A stretch of 64,000 bases of DNA, taken from assembly GCF_009914755.1 (NCBI RefSeq), contig NC_060948.1; one strand, written 5' to 3'. Below, in pieces: positions 20,235 to 39,602 of this stretch. The notes beneath the pieces are model-generated. The model was not told where the DNA came from, did no database searches, and saw only the letters and a list, made by a program, of their open reading frames with translations. A program made the position numbers and the translations under genes. Position 1 is the first letter of the stretch, and each line of letters opens with the position of its first letter. This DNA comes from the human T2T-CHM13v2.0 reference genome, Homo sapiens.

Positions 20235-22341
20235 AGATCCGTATTTTTTAAATGAAAAAAAATTTCAAAGGTACTCTGCTTGGTACAATAATCAAATGTA
20301 TAAACTGAGGAATAAAACATAACCATGAAACCTACTTATAACTGCATATGGAAAATACAGAGGATAATTTTTTAAATAACATATTTTGAAAGCCTTAACT
20401 AGTAATTTGAAGAGTTGGCATTTGAAAGGCCAGTATGAATATACCTTCAAAGCAGCAACACAGGTTCCCCATGAGAAAAAGCAAACACAGGGAAAATAAA
20501 AACACAAAGGTTCAATCTCTTCTGACCTTTGAAAGACACAGCACAGACAGTGGTCCTTAGGACGAAGAGCAGGAGACCCCTAATTCCGTCACCATGGCGA
20601 TAGGGCATAAACATTGCTGGGTGAGGGCACAATCCACATTGTGAGGTCCAACTGCTGCCAGGAAGACAGGAGTGCTTTTACATAGACCGAAAGGTCATTG
20701 AAGGCTCAGAGTTTTGTTTCAAGAACTGAATCCCAAGCCCACACGTTATTAGGCTGCGCTTCTTAAAACAAGTTATGAGATGGGAAAAAGGGCACCCACA
20801 AACATACGTATACATTATGTATATAATAATATACAGTATCATATATATAATATATATAACCTATGTATAATATTGTTTTACATCCTGCATCTTATGTTAT
20901 ATATATTGTATAAAATATAATAATTGATAATATATAAGTTTTATAATTATACAATATGACATATAGTATATATTATAATTTATGACATATATAATATATG
21001 TTATATGTCATATATAGAATATATTATACGGTTAATATACGTATTAAATATAAATTATACATTATATATATTATATATAATATATCTGTTATATATAATA
21101 CCCATTATGCATAATATATATATTATGTCTATGTTATATATAGTATAAAACAACATATAATAATATATAATTGTATATATAAAATGCGACATATAATATA
21201 TATTATATTTTATAACATATGTAATATATATCATATATTATATATAATACGTTGTATGTATAATACCTATATTAAATATATATTATATGACTATGTTATT
21301 AATTACATGTCACATGTGTTATATATTATATATTTTACATAGAATATACCGGTTACATACAATATATACTATGTTACCTATAATGTATAATTGATTACAT
21401 GTAAAATAAAGAATGCAATATATTATGTAAAATTTATAATATACAATATGTGGAATGTGACATATGTAACATATAATATATGATATATGATATACAGTAT
21501 ATGATATATAACATACAATATATGATTCCTAATATATATGGTATACAATATATATTTTATGATATGTATTCTATATGTTTTATATTCTGTTATATATAAC
21601 TATTTGAAATTATATATAACTGTATAATATTTTATGTAAATATGTAATATAATATATATAACTATATAATATATTATATATAACTATATATTATGTTATA
21701 TATACTTTTATAACATAATTTACATAAAATATCATAATATAATATATATTATATTATTTCATATTACATAATATATATTACATATCACCCAATATAACTA
21801 ACATACATAATATTATAATATAGATTATATTATGTTATATTAAATATCATATATATCATGTATCATATATTCTATAATATATATTACACATTATATAATA
21901 TGTATGTTGTCTATTATGTGATATATATAACTATATATATAATTATATTTTTATACATATAACTAGATAAACATGTAATTCTACATATTTTCATTTGTAA
22001 TGTGTAGAATTATATAATCATATATAATTATTTATATTCTATAAAAAATTTTATCATTATATAAATTATAATATATAAAAATTATAATATGTACTACAAA
22101 TATATATATATTATATATCATATATGATATAGTACCTTTGTTATATATCATAATACATATAAATGTGTATTATGTTATCTATAATTATATAATTTCATAT
22201 ATAAGATGTATAATATGTATCATATATTATATATGTTATGTAATATATATAGTATATATAAGATGACACAGGATAAATATTATATACTATGACATATAAA
22301 ATATATGAGGTTATATGTTACATATAAGGCATAGCACATAA

Positions 22342-22656
<315 letters not shown>

Positions 22657-24786
22657 AGATCCGTATTTTTTAAATGAAAAAAAATTTCAAAGGTACTCTG
22701 CTTGGTACAATAATCAAATGTATAAACTGAGGAATAAAACATAACCATGAAACCTACTTATAACTGCATATGGAAAATACAGAGGATAATTTTTTAAATA
22801 ACATATTTTGAAAGCCTTAACTAGTAATTTGAAGAGTTGGCATTTGAAAGGCCAGTATGAATATACCTTCAAAGCAGCAACACAGGTTCCCCATGAGAAA
22901 AAGCAAACACAGGGAAAATAAAAACACAAAGGTTCAATCTCTTCTGACCTTTGAAAGACACAGCACAGACAGTGGTCCTTAGGACGAAGAGCAGGAGACC
23001 CCTAATTCCGTCACCATGGCGATAGGGCATAAACATTGCTGGGTGAGGGCACAATCCACATTGTGAGGTCCAACTGCTGCCAGGAAGACAGGAGTGCTTT
23101 TACATAGACCGAAAGGTCATTGAAGGCTCAGAGTTTTGTTTCAAGAACTGAATCCCAAGCCCACACGTTATTAGGCTGCGCTTCTTAAAACAAGTTATGA
23201 GATGGGAAAAAGGGCACCCACAAACATACGTATACATTATGTATATAATAATATACAGTATCATATATATAATATATATAACCTATGTATAATATTGTTT
23301 TACATCCTGCATCTTATGTTATATATATTGTATAAAATATAATAATTGATAATATATAAGTTTTATAATTATACAATATGACATATAGTATATATTATAA
23401 TTTATGACATATATAATATATGTTATATGTCATATATAGAATATATTATACGGTTAATATACGTATTAAATATAAATTATACATTATATATATTATATAT
23501 AATATATCTGTTATATATAATACCCATTATGCATAATATATATATTATGTCTATGTTATATATAGTATAAAACAACATATAATAATATATAATTGTATAT
23601 ATAAAATGCGACATATAATATATATTATATTTTATAACATATGTAATATATATTATATATTATATATAATACGTTGTATGTATAATACCTATATTAAATA
23701 TATATTATATGACTATGTTATTAATTACATGTCACATGTGTTATATATTATATATTTTACATAGAATATACCGGTTACATACAATATATACTATGTTACC
23801 TATAATGTATAATTGATTACATGTAAAATAAAGAATGCAATATATTATGTAAAATTTATAATATACAATATGTGGAATGTGACATATGTAACATATAATA
23901 TATGATATATGATATACAGTATATGATATATAACATACAATATATGATTCCTAATATATATGGTATACAATATATATTTTATGATATGTATTCTATATGT
24001 TTTATATTCTGTTATATATAACTATTTGAAATTATATATAACTGTATAATATTTTATGTAAATATGTAATATAATATATATAACTATATAATATATTATA
24101 TATAACTATATATTATGTTATATATACTTTTATAACATAATTTACATAAAATATCATAATATAATATATATTATATTTTTTCATATTACATAATATATAT
24201 TACATATCACCCAATATAACTAACATACATAATATTATAATATAGATTATATTATGTTATATTAAATATCATATATATCATGTATCATATATTCTATAAT
24301 ATATATTACACATTATATAATATGTATGTTGTCTATTATGTGATATATATAACTATGTATATAATTATATTTTTATACATATAACTAGATAAACATGTAA
24401 TTCTACATATTTTCATTTGTAATATGTAGAATTATATAATCATATATAATTATTTATATTCTATATAAAATTTTATCATTATATAAATTATAATATATAA
24501 AAATTATAATATGTACTACAAATATATATATATTATATATCATATATGATATAGTACCTTTGTTATATATCATAATACATATAAATGTGTATTATGTTAT
24601 CTATAATTATATAATTTCATATATAAGATGTATAATATGTATCATATATTATATATGTTATGTAATATATATAGTATATATAAGATGACACAGGATAAAT
24701 ATTATATACTATGACATATAAAATATATGAGGTTATATGTTACATATAAGGCATAGCACATAACATGTAATATATATCATATATAA

Positions 24787-25078
24787 TTTTTTTTTAGACA
24801 GAATCTTGTCCTGTTGCACAGGGTGGGGTACAATGGCGCCATCTTTGCTGACTGCAAATTCTGCCTCACGGGTCCAAGCGATTGTCCTCCCTCAGCCTCC
24901 CAGGTAGCTGGGACTACACCACACTGGGACTACACCAGCTGCCACCATGCCTAGCTAATTTTTTGGATTTTTAGTAGTGACAGCGTTTCACTGTATTGGC
25001 CAGGATGGTCTTGATCTCTTCACCTTGTGATCCCCTTGCCTTGGCCTCCAAATTTGCTGGGATTACAGGCCTGAGCCA
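24787..25078 (-). mobile_element. Diverged Alu, copy 11
   Basis: Near-identical to 577-868. Confidence 0.92.
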
Positions 25079-27183
25079 AGATCCATATTTTTTAAATGAA
25101 AAAAAATTTCAAAGGTACTCTGCTTGGTACAATAATCAAATGTATAAACTGAGGAATAAAACATAACCATGAAACCTACTTATAACTGCATATGGAAAAT
25201 ACAGAGGATAATTTTTTAAATAACATATTTTGAAAGCCTTAACTAGTAATTTGAAGAGTTGGCATTTGAAAGGCCAGTATGAATATACCTTCAAAGCAGC
25301 AACACAGGTTCCCCATGAGAAAAAGCAAACACAGGGAAAATAAAAACACAAAGGTTCAATCTCTTCTGACCTTTGAAAGACACAGCACAGACAGTGGTCC
25401 TTAGGACGAAGAGCAGGAGACCCCTAATTCCGTCACCATGGCGATAGGGCATAAACATTGCTGGGTGAGGGCACAATCCACATTGTGAGGTCCAACTGCT
25501 GCCAGGAAGACAGGAGTGCTTTTACATAGACCGAAAGGTCATTGAAGGCTCAGAGTTTTGTTTCAAGAACTGAATCCCAAGCCCACACGTTATTAGGCTG
25601 CGCTTCTTAAAACAAGTTATGAGATGGGAAAAAGGGCACCCACAAACATACGTATACATTATGTATATAATAATATACAGTATCATATATATAATATATA
25701 TAACCTATGTATAATACTGTTTTACATCCTGCATCTTATGTTATATATATTGTATAAAATATAATAATTGATAATATATAAATTTTATAATTATACAATA
25801 TGACATATAGTATATATTATAATTTATGACATATATAATATATGTTATATGTCATATATAGAATATATTATACGGTTAATATACGTATTAAATATAAATT
25901 ATACATTATATATATTATATACAATATATCTGTTATATATAATACCCATTATGCATAATATATATATTATGTCTATGTTATATATAGTATAAAACAACAT
26001 ATAATAATATATAATTGTATATATAAAATGCGACATATAATATATATTATATTTTATAACATATGTAATATATATTATATATTATATATAATACGTTGTA
26101 TGTATAATACCTATATTAAATATATATTATATGACTATGTTATTAATTACATGTCACATGTGTTATATATTATATATTTTACATAGAATATACCGGTTAC
26201 ATACAATATATACTATGTTACCTATAATGTATAATTTATTACATGTAAAATAAAGAATGCAATATATTATGTATAATTTATAATATACCATATGTGGAAT
26301 GTGATATATATAACATATAATATATGATATATGATATACAGTATATGATATATAACATACAATATATGATTCCTAATATATATGGTATACAATATATATT
26401 TTATGATATGTATTCTATATGTTTTATATTCTGTTATATATAACTATTTGAAATTATATATAACTGTATAATATTTTATGTAAATATGTAATACAATATA
26501 TATAACTATATAATATATTATATATAACTATATATTATGTTATATATACTTTTATAACATAATTTACATAAAATATCTTAATATAATATATATTATATTA
26601 TTTCATATTACATAATATATATTACATATCACCCAATATAACTAACATACATAATATTATAAGATAGATTATATTGTGTTATATTAAATATCATATATAT
26701 CATGTATCATATATTCTATAATATATATTACACATTATATAATATGTATGTTGTCTATTATGTGATATATATAACTCAATATATAATTATATTTTTATAC
26801 ATATAACTAGATAAACATGTAATTCTACATATTTTCATTTATAATATGTAGAATTATATAATCATATATAATTATTTATATTCTATAAAAAATTTTATCA
26901 TTATATAAATTATAATATATAAAAATTATAATATGTACTACAAATATATATATTATATATCATATATGATATAGTACCTTTGTTATATATCATAATACAT
27001 ATAAATGTGTATTATGTTATCTATAATTATATAATTTCATATATAAGATGTATAATATGTATCATATATTATATAAGTTATGTAATATATATAGTATATA
27101 TAAGATGACACAGGATAAATATTATATACTATGACATATAAAATATATGAGGTTATATGTTACATATAAGGCATAGCACATAA

Positions 27184-27498
<315 letters not shown>

Positions 27499-29603
27499 AG
27501 ATCCATATTTTTTAAATGAAAAAAAATTTCAAAGGTACTCTGCTTGGTACAATAATCAAATGTATAAACTGAGGAATAAAACATAACCATGAAACCTACT
27601 TATAACTGCATATGGAAAATACAGAGGATAATTTTTTAAATAACATATTTTGAAAGCCTTAACTAGTAATTTGAAGAGTTGGCATTTGAAAGGCCAGTAT
27701 GAATATACCTTCAAAGCAGCAACACAGGTTCCCCATGAGAAAAAGCAAACACAGGGAAAACAAAAACACAAAGGTTCAATCTCTTCTGACCTTTGAAAGA
27801 CACAGCACAGACAGTGGTCCTTAGGACGAAGAGCAGGAGACCCCTAATTCCGTCACCATGGCGATAGGGCATAAACATTGCTGGGTGAGGGCACAATCCA
27901 CATTGTGAGGTCCAACTGCTGCCAGGAAGACAGGAGTGCTTTTACATAGACCGAAAGGTCATTGAAGGCTCAGAGTTTTGTTTCAAGAACTGAATCCCAA
28001 GCCCACACGTTATTAGGCTGCGCTTCTTAAAACAAGTTATGAGATGGGAAAAAGGGCACCCACAAACATACGTATACATTATGTATATAATAATATACGG
28101 TATCATATATATAATATATATAACCTATGTATAATACTGTTTTACATCCTGCATCTTATGTTATATATATTGTATAAAATATAATAATTGATAATATATA
28201 AGTTTTATAATTATACAATATGACATATAGTATATATTATAATTTATGACATATATAATATATGTTATATGTCATATATAGAATATATTATACGGTTAAT
28301 ATACGTATTAAATATAAATTATACCTCATATATATTATATACAATATATCTGTTATATATAATACACATTATGCATAATATATATATTATGTCTATGTTA
28401 TATATAGTATAAAACAACATATAATAATATATAATTGTATATATAAAATGTGACATATAATATATATTATATTTTATAACATATGTAATATATATTATAT
28501 ATTATATATAATACGTTGTATGTATAATACCTATATTAAATATATATTATATGACTATGTTATTAATTACATGTCACATGTGTTATATATTATATATTTT
28601 ACATAGAATATACCGGTTACGTACAATATATACTATGTTACCTATAATGTATAATTTATTACATGTAAAATAAAGAATGCAATATATTATGTATAATTTA
28701 TAATATACCATATGTGGAATGTGATATATATAACATATAATATATGATATATGATATACAGTATATGATATATAACATACAATATATGATTCCTAATATA
28801 TATGGTATACAATATATATTTTATGATATGTATTCTATATGTTTTATATTCTGTTATATATAACTATTTGAAATTATATATAACTGTATAATATTTTATG
28901 TAAATATGTAATATAATATATATAACTATATAATATATTATATATAACTATATATTATGTTATATATACTTTTATAACATAATTTACATAAAATATCATA
29001 ATATAATATATATTATATTATTTCATATTACATAATATATATTACATATCACCCAATATAACTAACATACATAATATTATAATATAGATTATATTGTGTT
29101 ATATTAAATATCATATATATCATGTATCATATATTCTATAATATATATTACACATTATATAATATGTATGTTGTCTATTATGTGATATATATAACTCAAT
29201 ATATAATTATATTTTTATACATATAACTAGATAAACATGTAATTCTACATATTTTCATTTATAATATGTAGAATTATATAATCATATATAATTATTTATA
29301 TTCTATAAAAAATTTTATCATTATATAAATTATAATATATAAAAATTATAATATGTACTACAAATATATATATTATATATCTTATATGATATAGTACCTT
29401 TGTTATATATCATAATACATATAAATGTGTATTATGTTATCTATAATTATATAATTTCATATATAAGATGTATAATATGTATCATATATTATATATGTTA
29501 TGTAATATATATAGTATATATAAGATGACACAGGATAAATATTATATACTATGACATATAAAATATATGAGGTTATATGTTACATATAAGGCATAGCACA
29601 TAA

Positions 29604-29918
<315 letters not shown>

Positions 29919-32025
29919 AGATCCATATTTTGTAAATGAAAAAAAATTTCAAAGGTACTCTGCTTGGTACAATAATCAAATGTATAAACTGAGGAATAAA
30001 ACATAACCATGAAACCTACTTATAACTGCATATGGAAAATACAGAGGATAATTTTTTAAATAACATATTTTGAAAGCCTTAACTAGTAATTTGAAGAGTT
30101 GGCATTTGAAAGGCCAGTATGAATAAACCTTCAAAGCAGCAACACAGGTTCCCCATGAGAAAAAGCAAACACAGGGAAAATAAAAACACAAAGGTTCAAT
30201 CTCTTCTGACCTTTGAAAGACACAGCACAGACAGTGGTCCTTAGGACGAAGAGCAGGAGACCCCTAATTCCGTCACCATGGCGATAGGGCATAAACATTG
30301 CTGGGTGAGGGCACAATCCACATTGTGAGGTCCAACTGCTGCCAGGAAGACAGGAGTGCTTTTACATAGACCGAAAGGTCATTGAAGGCTCAGAGTTTTG
30401 TTTCAAGAACTGAATCCCAAGCCCACACGTTATTAGGCTGCGCTTCTTAAAACAAGTTATGAGATGGGAAAAAGGGCACCCACAAACATACGTATACATT
30501 ATGTATATAATAATATACTGTATCATATATATAATATATATAACCTATGTATAATATTGTTTTACATCCTGCATCTTATGTTATATATATTGTATAAAAT
30601 ATAATAATTGATAATATATAAGTTTTATAATTATACAATATGACATATAGTATATATTATAATTTATGACATATATAATATATGTTATATATCATATATA
30701 GAATATATTATACGGTTAATATACGTATTAAATATAAATTATACCTTATATATATTATATATAATATATCTGTTATATATAATACCCATTATGCATAATA
30801 TATATATTATGTCTATGTTATATATAGTATAAAACAACATATTATAATATATAATTGTATATATAAAATGCGACATATAATATATATTATATTTTATAAC
30901 ATATGTAATATATATTATATATTATATATAATACGTTGTATGTATAATACCTATATTAAATATATATTATATGACTATGTTATTAATTACATGTCACATG
31001 TGTTATATATTATATATTTTACATAGAATATACCGGTTACATACAATATATACTATGTTACCTATAATGTATAATTTATTACATGTAAAATAAAGAATGC
31101 AATATATTATGTATAATTTATAATATACAATATGTGGAATGTGACATATGTAACATATAATATATGATATATGATATACAGTATATGATATATAACATAC
31201 AATATATGATTCCTAATATATATGGTATACAATATATATTTTATGATATGTATTCTATATGTTTTATATTCTGTTATATATAACTATTTGAAATTATATA
31301 TAACTGTATAATATTTTATGTAAATATGTAATATAATATATATAACTATATAATATATTATATATAACTATATATTATGTTATATATACTTTTATAACAT
31401 AATTTACATAAAATATCATAATATAATATATATTATATTATTTCATATTACATAATATATATTACATATCACCCAATATAACTAACATACATAATATTAT
31501 AATTTAGATTATATTATGTTATATTAAATATCATATATATCATGTATCATATATTCTATAATATATATTACACTTTATATAATATGTATGTTGTCTATTA
31601 TGTGATATATATAACTCAATATATAATTATATTTTTATACATATAACTAGATAAACATGTAATTCTACATATTTTCATTTATAATATGTAGAATTATATA
31701 ATCATATATAATTATTTATATTCTATAAAAAATTTTATCATTATATAAATTATAATATATAAAAATTATAATATGTACTACAAATATATATATATTATAT
31801 ATCATATATGATATAGTACCTTTGTTATATATCATAATACATATAAATGTGTATTATGTTATCTATAATTATATAATTTCATATATAAGATGTATAATAT
31901 GTATCATATATTATATATGTTATGTAATATATATGGTATATATAAGATGACACAGGATAAATATTATATACTATGACATATAAAATATATGAGGTTATAT
32001 GTTACATATAAGGCATAGCACATAA

Positions 32026-32340
<315 letters not shown>

Positions 32341-34445
32341 AGATCCATATTTTTTAAATGAAAAAAAATTTCAAAGGTACTCTGCTTGGTACAATAATCA
32401 AATGTATAAACTGAGGAATAAAACATAACCATGAAACCTACTTATAACTGCATATGGAAAATACAGAGGATAATTTTTTAAATAACATATTTTGAAAGCC
32501 TTAACTAGTAATTTGAAGAGTTGGCATTTGAAAGGCCAGTATGAATAAACCTTCAAAGCAGCAACACAGGTTCCCCATGAGAAAAAGCAAACACAGGGAA
32601 AATAAAAACACAAAGGTTCAATCTCTTCTGACCTTTGAAAGACACAGCACAGACAGTGGTCCTTAGGACGAAGAGCAGGAGACCCCTAATTCCGTCACCA
32701 TGGCGATAGGGCATAAACATTGCTGGGTGAGGGCACAATCCACATTGTGAGGTCCAACTGCTGCCAGGAAGACAGGAGTGCTTTTACATAGACCGAAAGG
32801 TCATTGAAGGCTCAGAGTTTTGTTTCAAGAACTGAATCCCAAGCCCACACGTTATTAGGCTGCGCTTCTTAAAACAAGTTATGAGATGGGAAAAAGGGCA
32901 CCCACAAACATACGTATACATTATGTATATAATAATATACTGTATCATATATATAATATATATAACCTATGTATAATATTGTTTTACATCCTGCATCTTA
33001 TGTTATATATATTGTATAAAATATAATAATTGATAATATATAAGTTTTATAATTATACAATATGACATATAGTATATATTATAATTTATGACATATATAA
33101 TATATGTTATATATCATATATAGAATATATTATACGGTTAATATACGTATTAAATATAAATTATACCTTATATATATTATATATAATATATCTGTTATAT
33201 ATAATACCCATTATGCATAATATATATATTATGTCTATGTTATATATAGTATAAAACAACATATAATAATATATAATTGTATATATAAAATGCGACATAT
33301 AATATATATTATATTTTATAACATATGTAATATATATTATATATTATATATAATACGTTGTATGTATAATACCTATATTAAATATATATTATATGACTAT
33401 GTTATTAATTACATGTCACATGTGTTATATATTATATATTTTACATAGAATATACCGGTTACATACAATATATACTATGTTACCTATAATGTATAATTTA
33501 TTACATGTAAAATAAAGAATGCAATATATTATGTATAATTTACAATATACAATATGTGGAATGTGACATATGTAACATATAATATATGATATATGATATA
33601 CAGTATATGATATATAACATACAATATATGATTCCTAATATATATGGTATACAATATATATTTTATGATATGTATTCTATATGTTTTATATTCTGTTATA
33701 TATAACTATTTGAAATTATATATAACTGTATAATATTTTATGTAAATATGTAATATAATATATATAACTATATAATATATTATATATAACTATATATTAT
33801 GTTATATATACTTTTATAACATAATTTACATAAAATATCATAATATAATATATATTATATTATTTCATATTACATAATATATATTACATATCACCCAATA
33901 TAACTAACATACATAATATTATAATATAGATTATATTATGTTATATTAAATATCATATATATCATGTATCATATATTCTATAATATATATTACACATTAT
34001 ATAATATGTATGTTGTCTATTACGTGATATATATAACTCAATATATAATTATATTTTTATACATATAACTAGATAAACATGTAATTCTACATATTTTCAT
34101 TTATAATATGTAGAATTATATAATCATATATAATTATTTATATTCTATAAAAAATTTTATCATTATATAAATTATAATATATAAAAATTATAATATGTAC
34201 TACAAATATATATATTATATATCATATATGATATAGTACCTTTGTTATATATCATAATACATATAAATGTGTATTATGTTATCTATAATTATATAATTTC
34301 ATATATAAGATGTATAATATGTATCATATATTATATATGTTATGTAATATATATAGTATATATAAGATGACACAGGATAAATATTATATACTATGACATA
34401 TAAAATATATGAGGTTTTATGTTACATATAAGGCATAGCACATAA

Positions 34446-34760
<315 letters not shown>

Positions 34761-36865
34761 AGATCCATATTTTTTAAATGAAAAAAAATTTCAAAGGTAC
34801 TCTGCTTGGTACAATAATCAAATGTATAAACTGAGGAATAAAACATAACCATGAAACCTACTTATAACTGCATATGGAAAATACAGAGGATAATTTTTTA
34901 AATAACATATTTTGAAAGCCTTAACTAGTAATTTGAAGAGTTGGCATTTGAAAGGCCAGTATGAATATACCTTCAAAGCAGCAACACAGGTTCCCCATGA
35001 GAAAAAGCAAACACAGGGAAAATAAAAACACAAAGGTTCAATCTCTTCTGACCTTTGAAAGACACAGCACAGACAGTGGTCCTTAGGACGAAGAGCAGGA
35101 GACCCCTAATTCCGTCACCATGGCGATAGGGCATAAACATTGCTGGGTGAGGGCACAATCCACATTGTGAGGTCCAACTGCTGCCAGGAAGACAGGAGTG
35201 CTTTTACATAGACCGAAAGGTCATTGAAGGCTCAGAGTTTTGTTTCAAGAACTGAATCCCAAGCCCACACGTTATTAGGCTGCGCTTCTTAAAACAAGTT
35301 ATGAGATGGGAAAAAGGGCACCCACAAACATACGTATACATTATGTATATAATAATATACAGTATCATATATATAATATATATAACCTATGTATAATATT
35401 GTTTTACATCCTGCATCTTATGTTATATATATTGTATAAAATATAATAATTGATAATATATAAGTTTTATAATTATACAATATGACATATAGTATATATT
35501 ATAATTTATGACATATATAATATATGTTATATGTCATATATAGAATATATTATACGGTTAATATACGTATTAAATATAAATTATACATTATATATATTAT
35601 ATATAATATATCTGTTATATATAATACCCATTATGCATAATATATATATTATGTCTATGTTATATATAGTATAAAACAACATATAATAATATATAATTGT
35701 ATATATAAAATGCGACATATAATATATATTATATTTTATAACATATGTAATATATATTATATATTATATATAATACGTTGTATGTATAATACCTATATTA
35801 AATATATATTATATGACTATGTTATTAATTACATGTCACATGTGTTATATATTATATATTTTACATAGAATATACCGGTTACATACAATATATACTATGT
35901 TACCTATAATGTATAATTGATTACATGTAAAATAAAGAATGCAATATATTATGTAAAATTTATAATATACAATATGTGGAATGTGATATATGTAACATAT
36001 AATATATGATATATGATATACAGTATATGATATATAACATACAATATATGATTCCTAATATATATGGTATACAATATATATTTTATGATATGTATTCTAT
36101 ATGTTTTATATTCTGTTATATATAACTATTTGAAATTATATATAACTGTATAATATTTTATGTAAATATGTAATATAATATATATAACTATATAATATAT
36201 TATATATAACTATATATTATGTTATATATACTTTTATAACATAATTTACATAAAATATCATAATATAATATATATTATATTTTTTCATATTACATAATAT
36301 ATATTACATATCACCCAATATAACTAACATACATAATATTATAATATAGATTATATTTTGTTATATTAAATATCATATATATCATGTATCATATATTCTA
36401 TAATATATATTACACATTATATAATATGTATGTTGTCTATTATGTGATATATATAACTATATATATAATTATATTTTTATACATATAACTAGATAAACAT
36501 GTAATTCTACATATTTTCATTTATAATATGTAGAATTATATAATCATATATAATTCTTTATATTCTATAAAAAATTTTATCATTATATAAATTATAATAT
36601 ATAAAAATTATAATATGTACTACAAATATATATATTATATATCATATATGATATAGTACCTTTGTTATATATCATAATACATATAAATGTGTATTATGTT
36701 ATCTATAATTATATAATTTCATATATAAGTTGTATAATATGTATCATATATTATATAGGTTATGTAATATATATAGTATATATAAGATGACACAGGATAA
36801 ATATTATATACTATGACATATAAAACATATGAGGTTATATGTTACATATAAGGCATAGCACATAA

Positions 36866-37180
<315 letters not shown>

Positions 37181-39287
37181 AGATCCATATTTTTTAAATG
37201 AAAAAAAATTTCAAAGGTACTCTGCTTGGTACAATAATCAAATGTATAAACTGAGGAATAAAACATAACCATGAAACCTACTTATAACTGCATATGGAAA
37301 ATACAGAGGATAATTTTTTAAATAACATATTTTGAAAGCCTTAACTAGTAATTTGAAGAGTTGGCATTTGAAAGGCCAGTATGAATATACCTTCAAAGCA
37401 GCAACACAGGTTCCCCATGAGAAAAAGCAAACACAGGGAAAATAAAAACACAAAGGTTCAATCTCTTCTGACCTTTGAAAGACACAGCACAGACAGTGGT
37501 CCTTAGGACGAAGAGCAGGAGACCCCTAATTCCGTCACCATGGCGATAGGGCATAAACATTGCTGGGTGAGGGCACAATCCACATTGTGAGGTCCAACTG
37601 CTGCCAGGAAGACAGGAGTGCTTTTACATAGACCGAAAGGTCATTGAAGGCTCAGAGTTTTGTTTCAAGAACTGAATCCCAAGCCCACACGTTATTAGGC
37701 TGCGCTTCTTAAAACAAGTTATGAGATGGGAAAAAGGGCACCCACAAACATACGTATACATTATGTATATAATAATATACAGTATCATATATATAATATA
37801 TATAACCTATGTATAATATTGTTTTACATCCTGCATCTTATGTTATATATATTGTATAAAATATAATAATTGATAATATATAAGTTTTATAATTATACAA
37901 TATGACATATAGTATATATTATAATTGATGACATATATAATATATGTTATATATCATATATAGAGTATATTATACGGTTAATATACGTATTAAATATAAA
38001 TTATACCTTATATATATTATATATAATATATCTGTTATATATAATACCCATTATGCATAATATATATATTATGTCTATGTTATATATAGTATAAAACAAC
38101 ATATAATAATATATAATTGTATATATAAAATGCGACATATAATATATATTATATTTTATAACATATGTAATATATATCATATATTATATATAATACGTTG
38201 TATGTATAATACCTATATTAAATATATATTATATGACTATGTTATTAATTACATGTCACATGTGTTATATATTATATATTTTACATAGAATATACCGGTT
38301 ACATACAATATATACTATGTTACCTATAATGTATAATTTATTACATGTAAAATAAAGAATGCAATATATTATGTATAATTTATAATATACAATATGTGGA
38401 ATGTGACATATGTAACATATAATATATGATATATGATATACAGTATATGATATATAACATACAATATATGATTCCTAATATATATGGTATACAATATATA
38501 TTTTATGATATGTATTCTATATGTTTTATATTCTGTTATATATAACTATTTGAAATTATATATAACTGTATAATATTTTATGTAAATATGTAATATAATA
38601 TATATAACTATATAATATATTATATATAACTATATATTATGTTATATATACTTTTATAACATAATTTACATAAAATATCATAATATAATATATATTATAT
38701 TATTTCATATTACATAATATATATTACATATCACCCAATATAACTAACATACATAATATTATAATATAGATTATATTATGTTATATTAAATATCATATAT
38801 ATCATGTATCATATATTCTATAATATATATTACACATTATATAATATGTATGTTGTCTATTATGTGATATATATAACTATATATATAATTATATTTTTAT
38901 ACACATAACTAGATAAACATGTAATTCTACATATTTTCATTTGTAATATGTAGAATTATATAATCATATATAATTATTTATATTCTATAAAAAATTTTAT
39001 CATTATATAAATTATAATATATAAAAATTATAATATGTACTACAAATATATATATATTATATATCATATATGATATAGTACCTTTGTTATATATCATAAT
39101 ACATATAAATGTGTATTATGTTATCTATAATTATATAATTTCATATATAAGATGTATAATATGTATCATATATTATATATGTTATGTAATATATATAGTA
39201 TATATAAGATGACACAGGATAAATATTATATACTATGACATATAAAATATATGAGGTTATATGTTACATATAAGGCATAGCACATAA

Positions 39288-39602
<315 letters not shown>
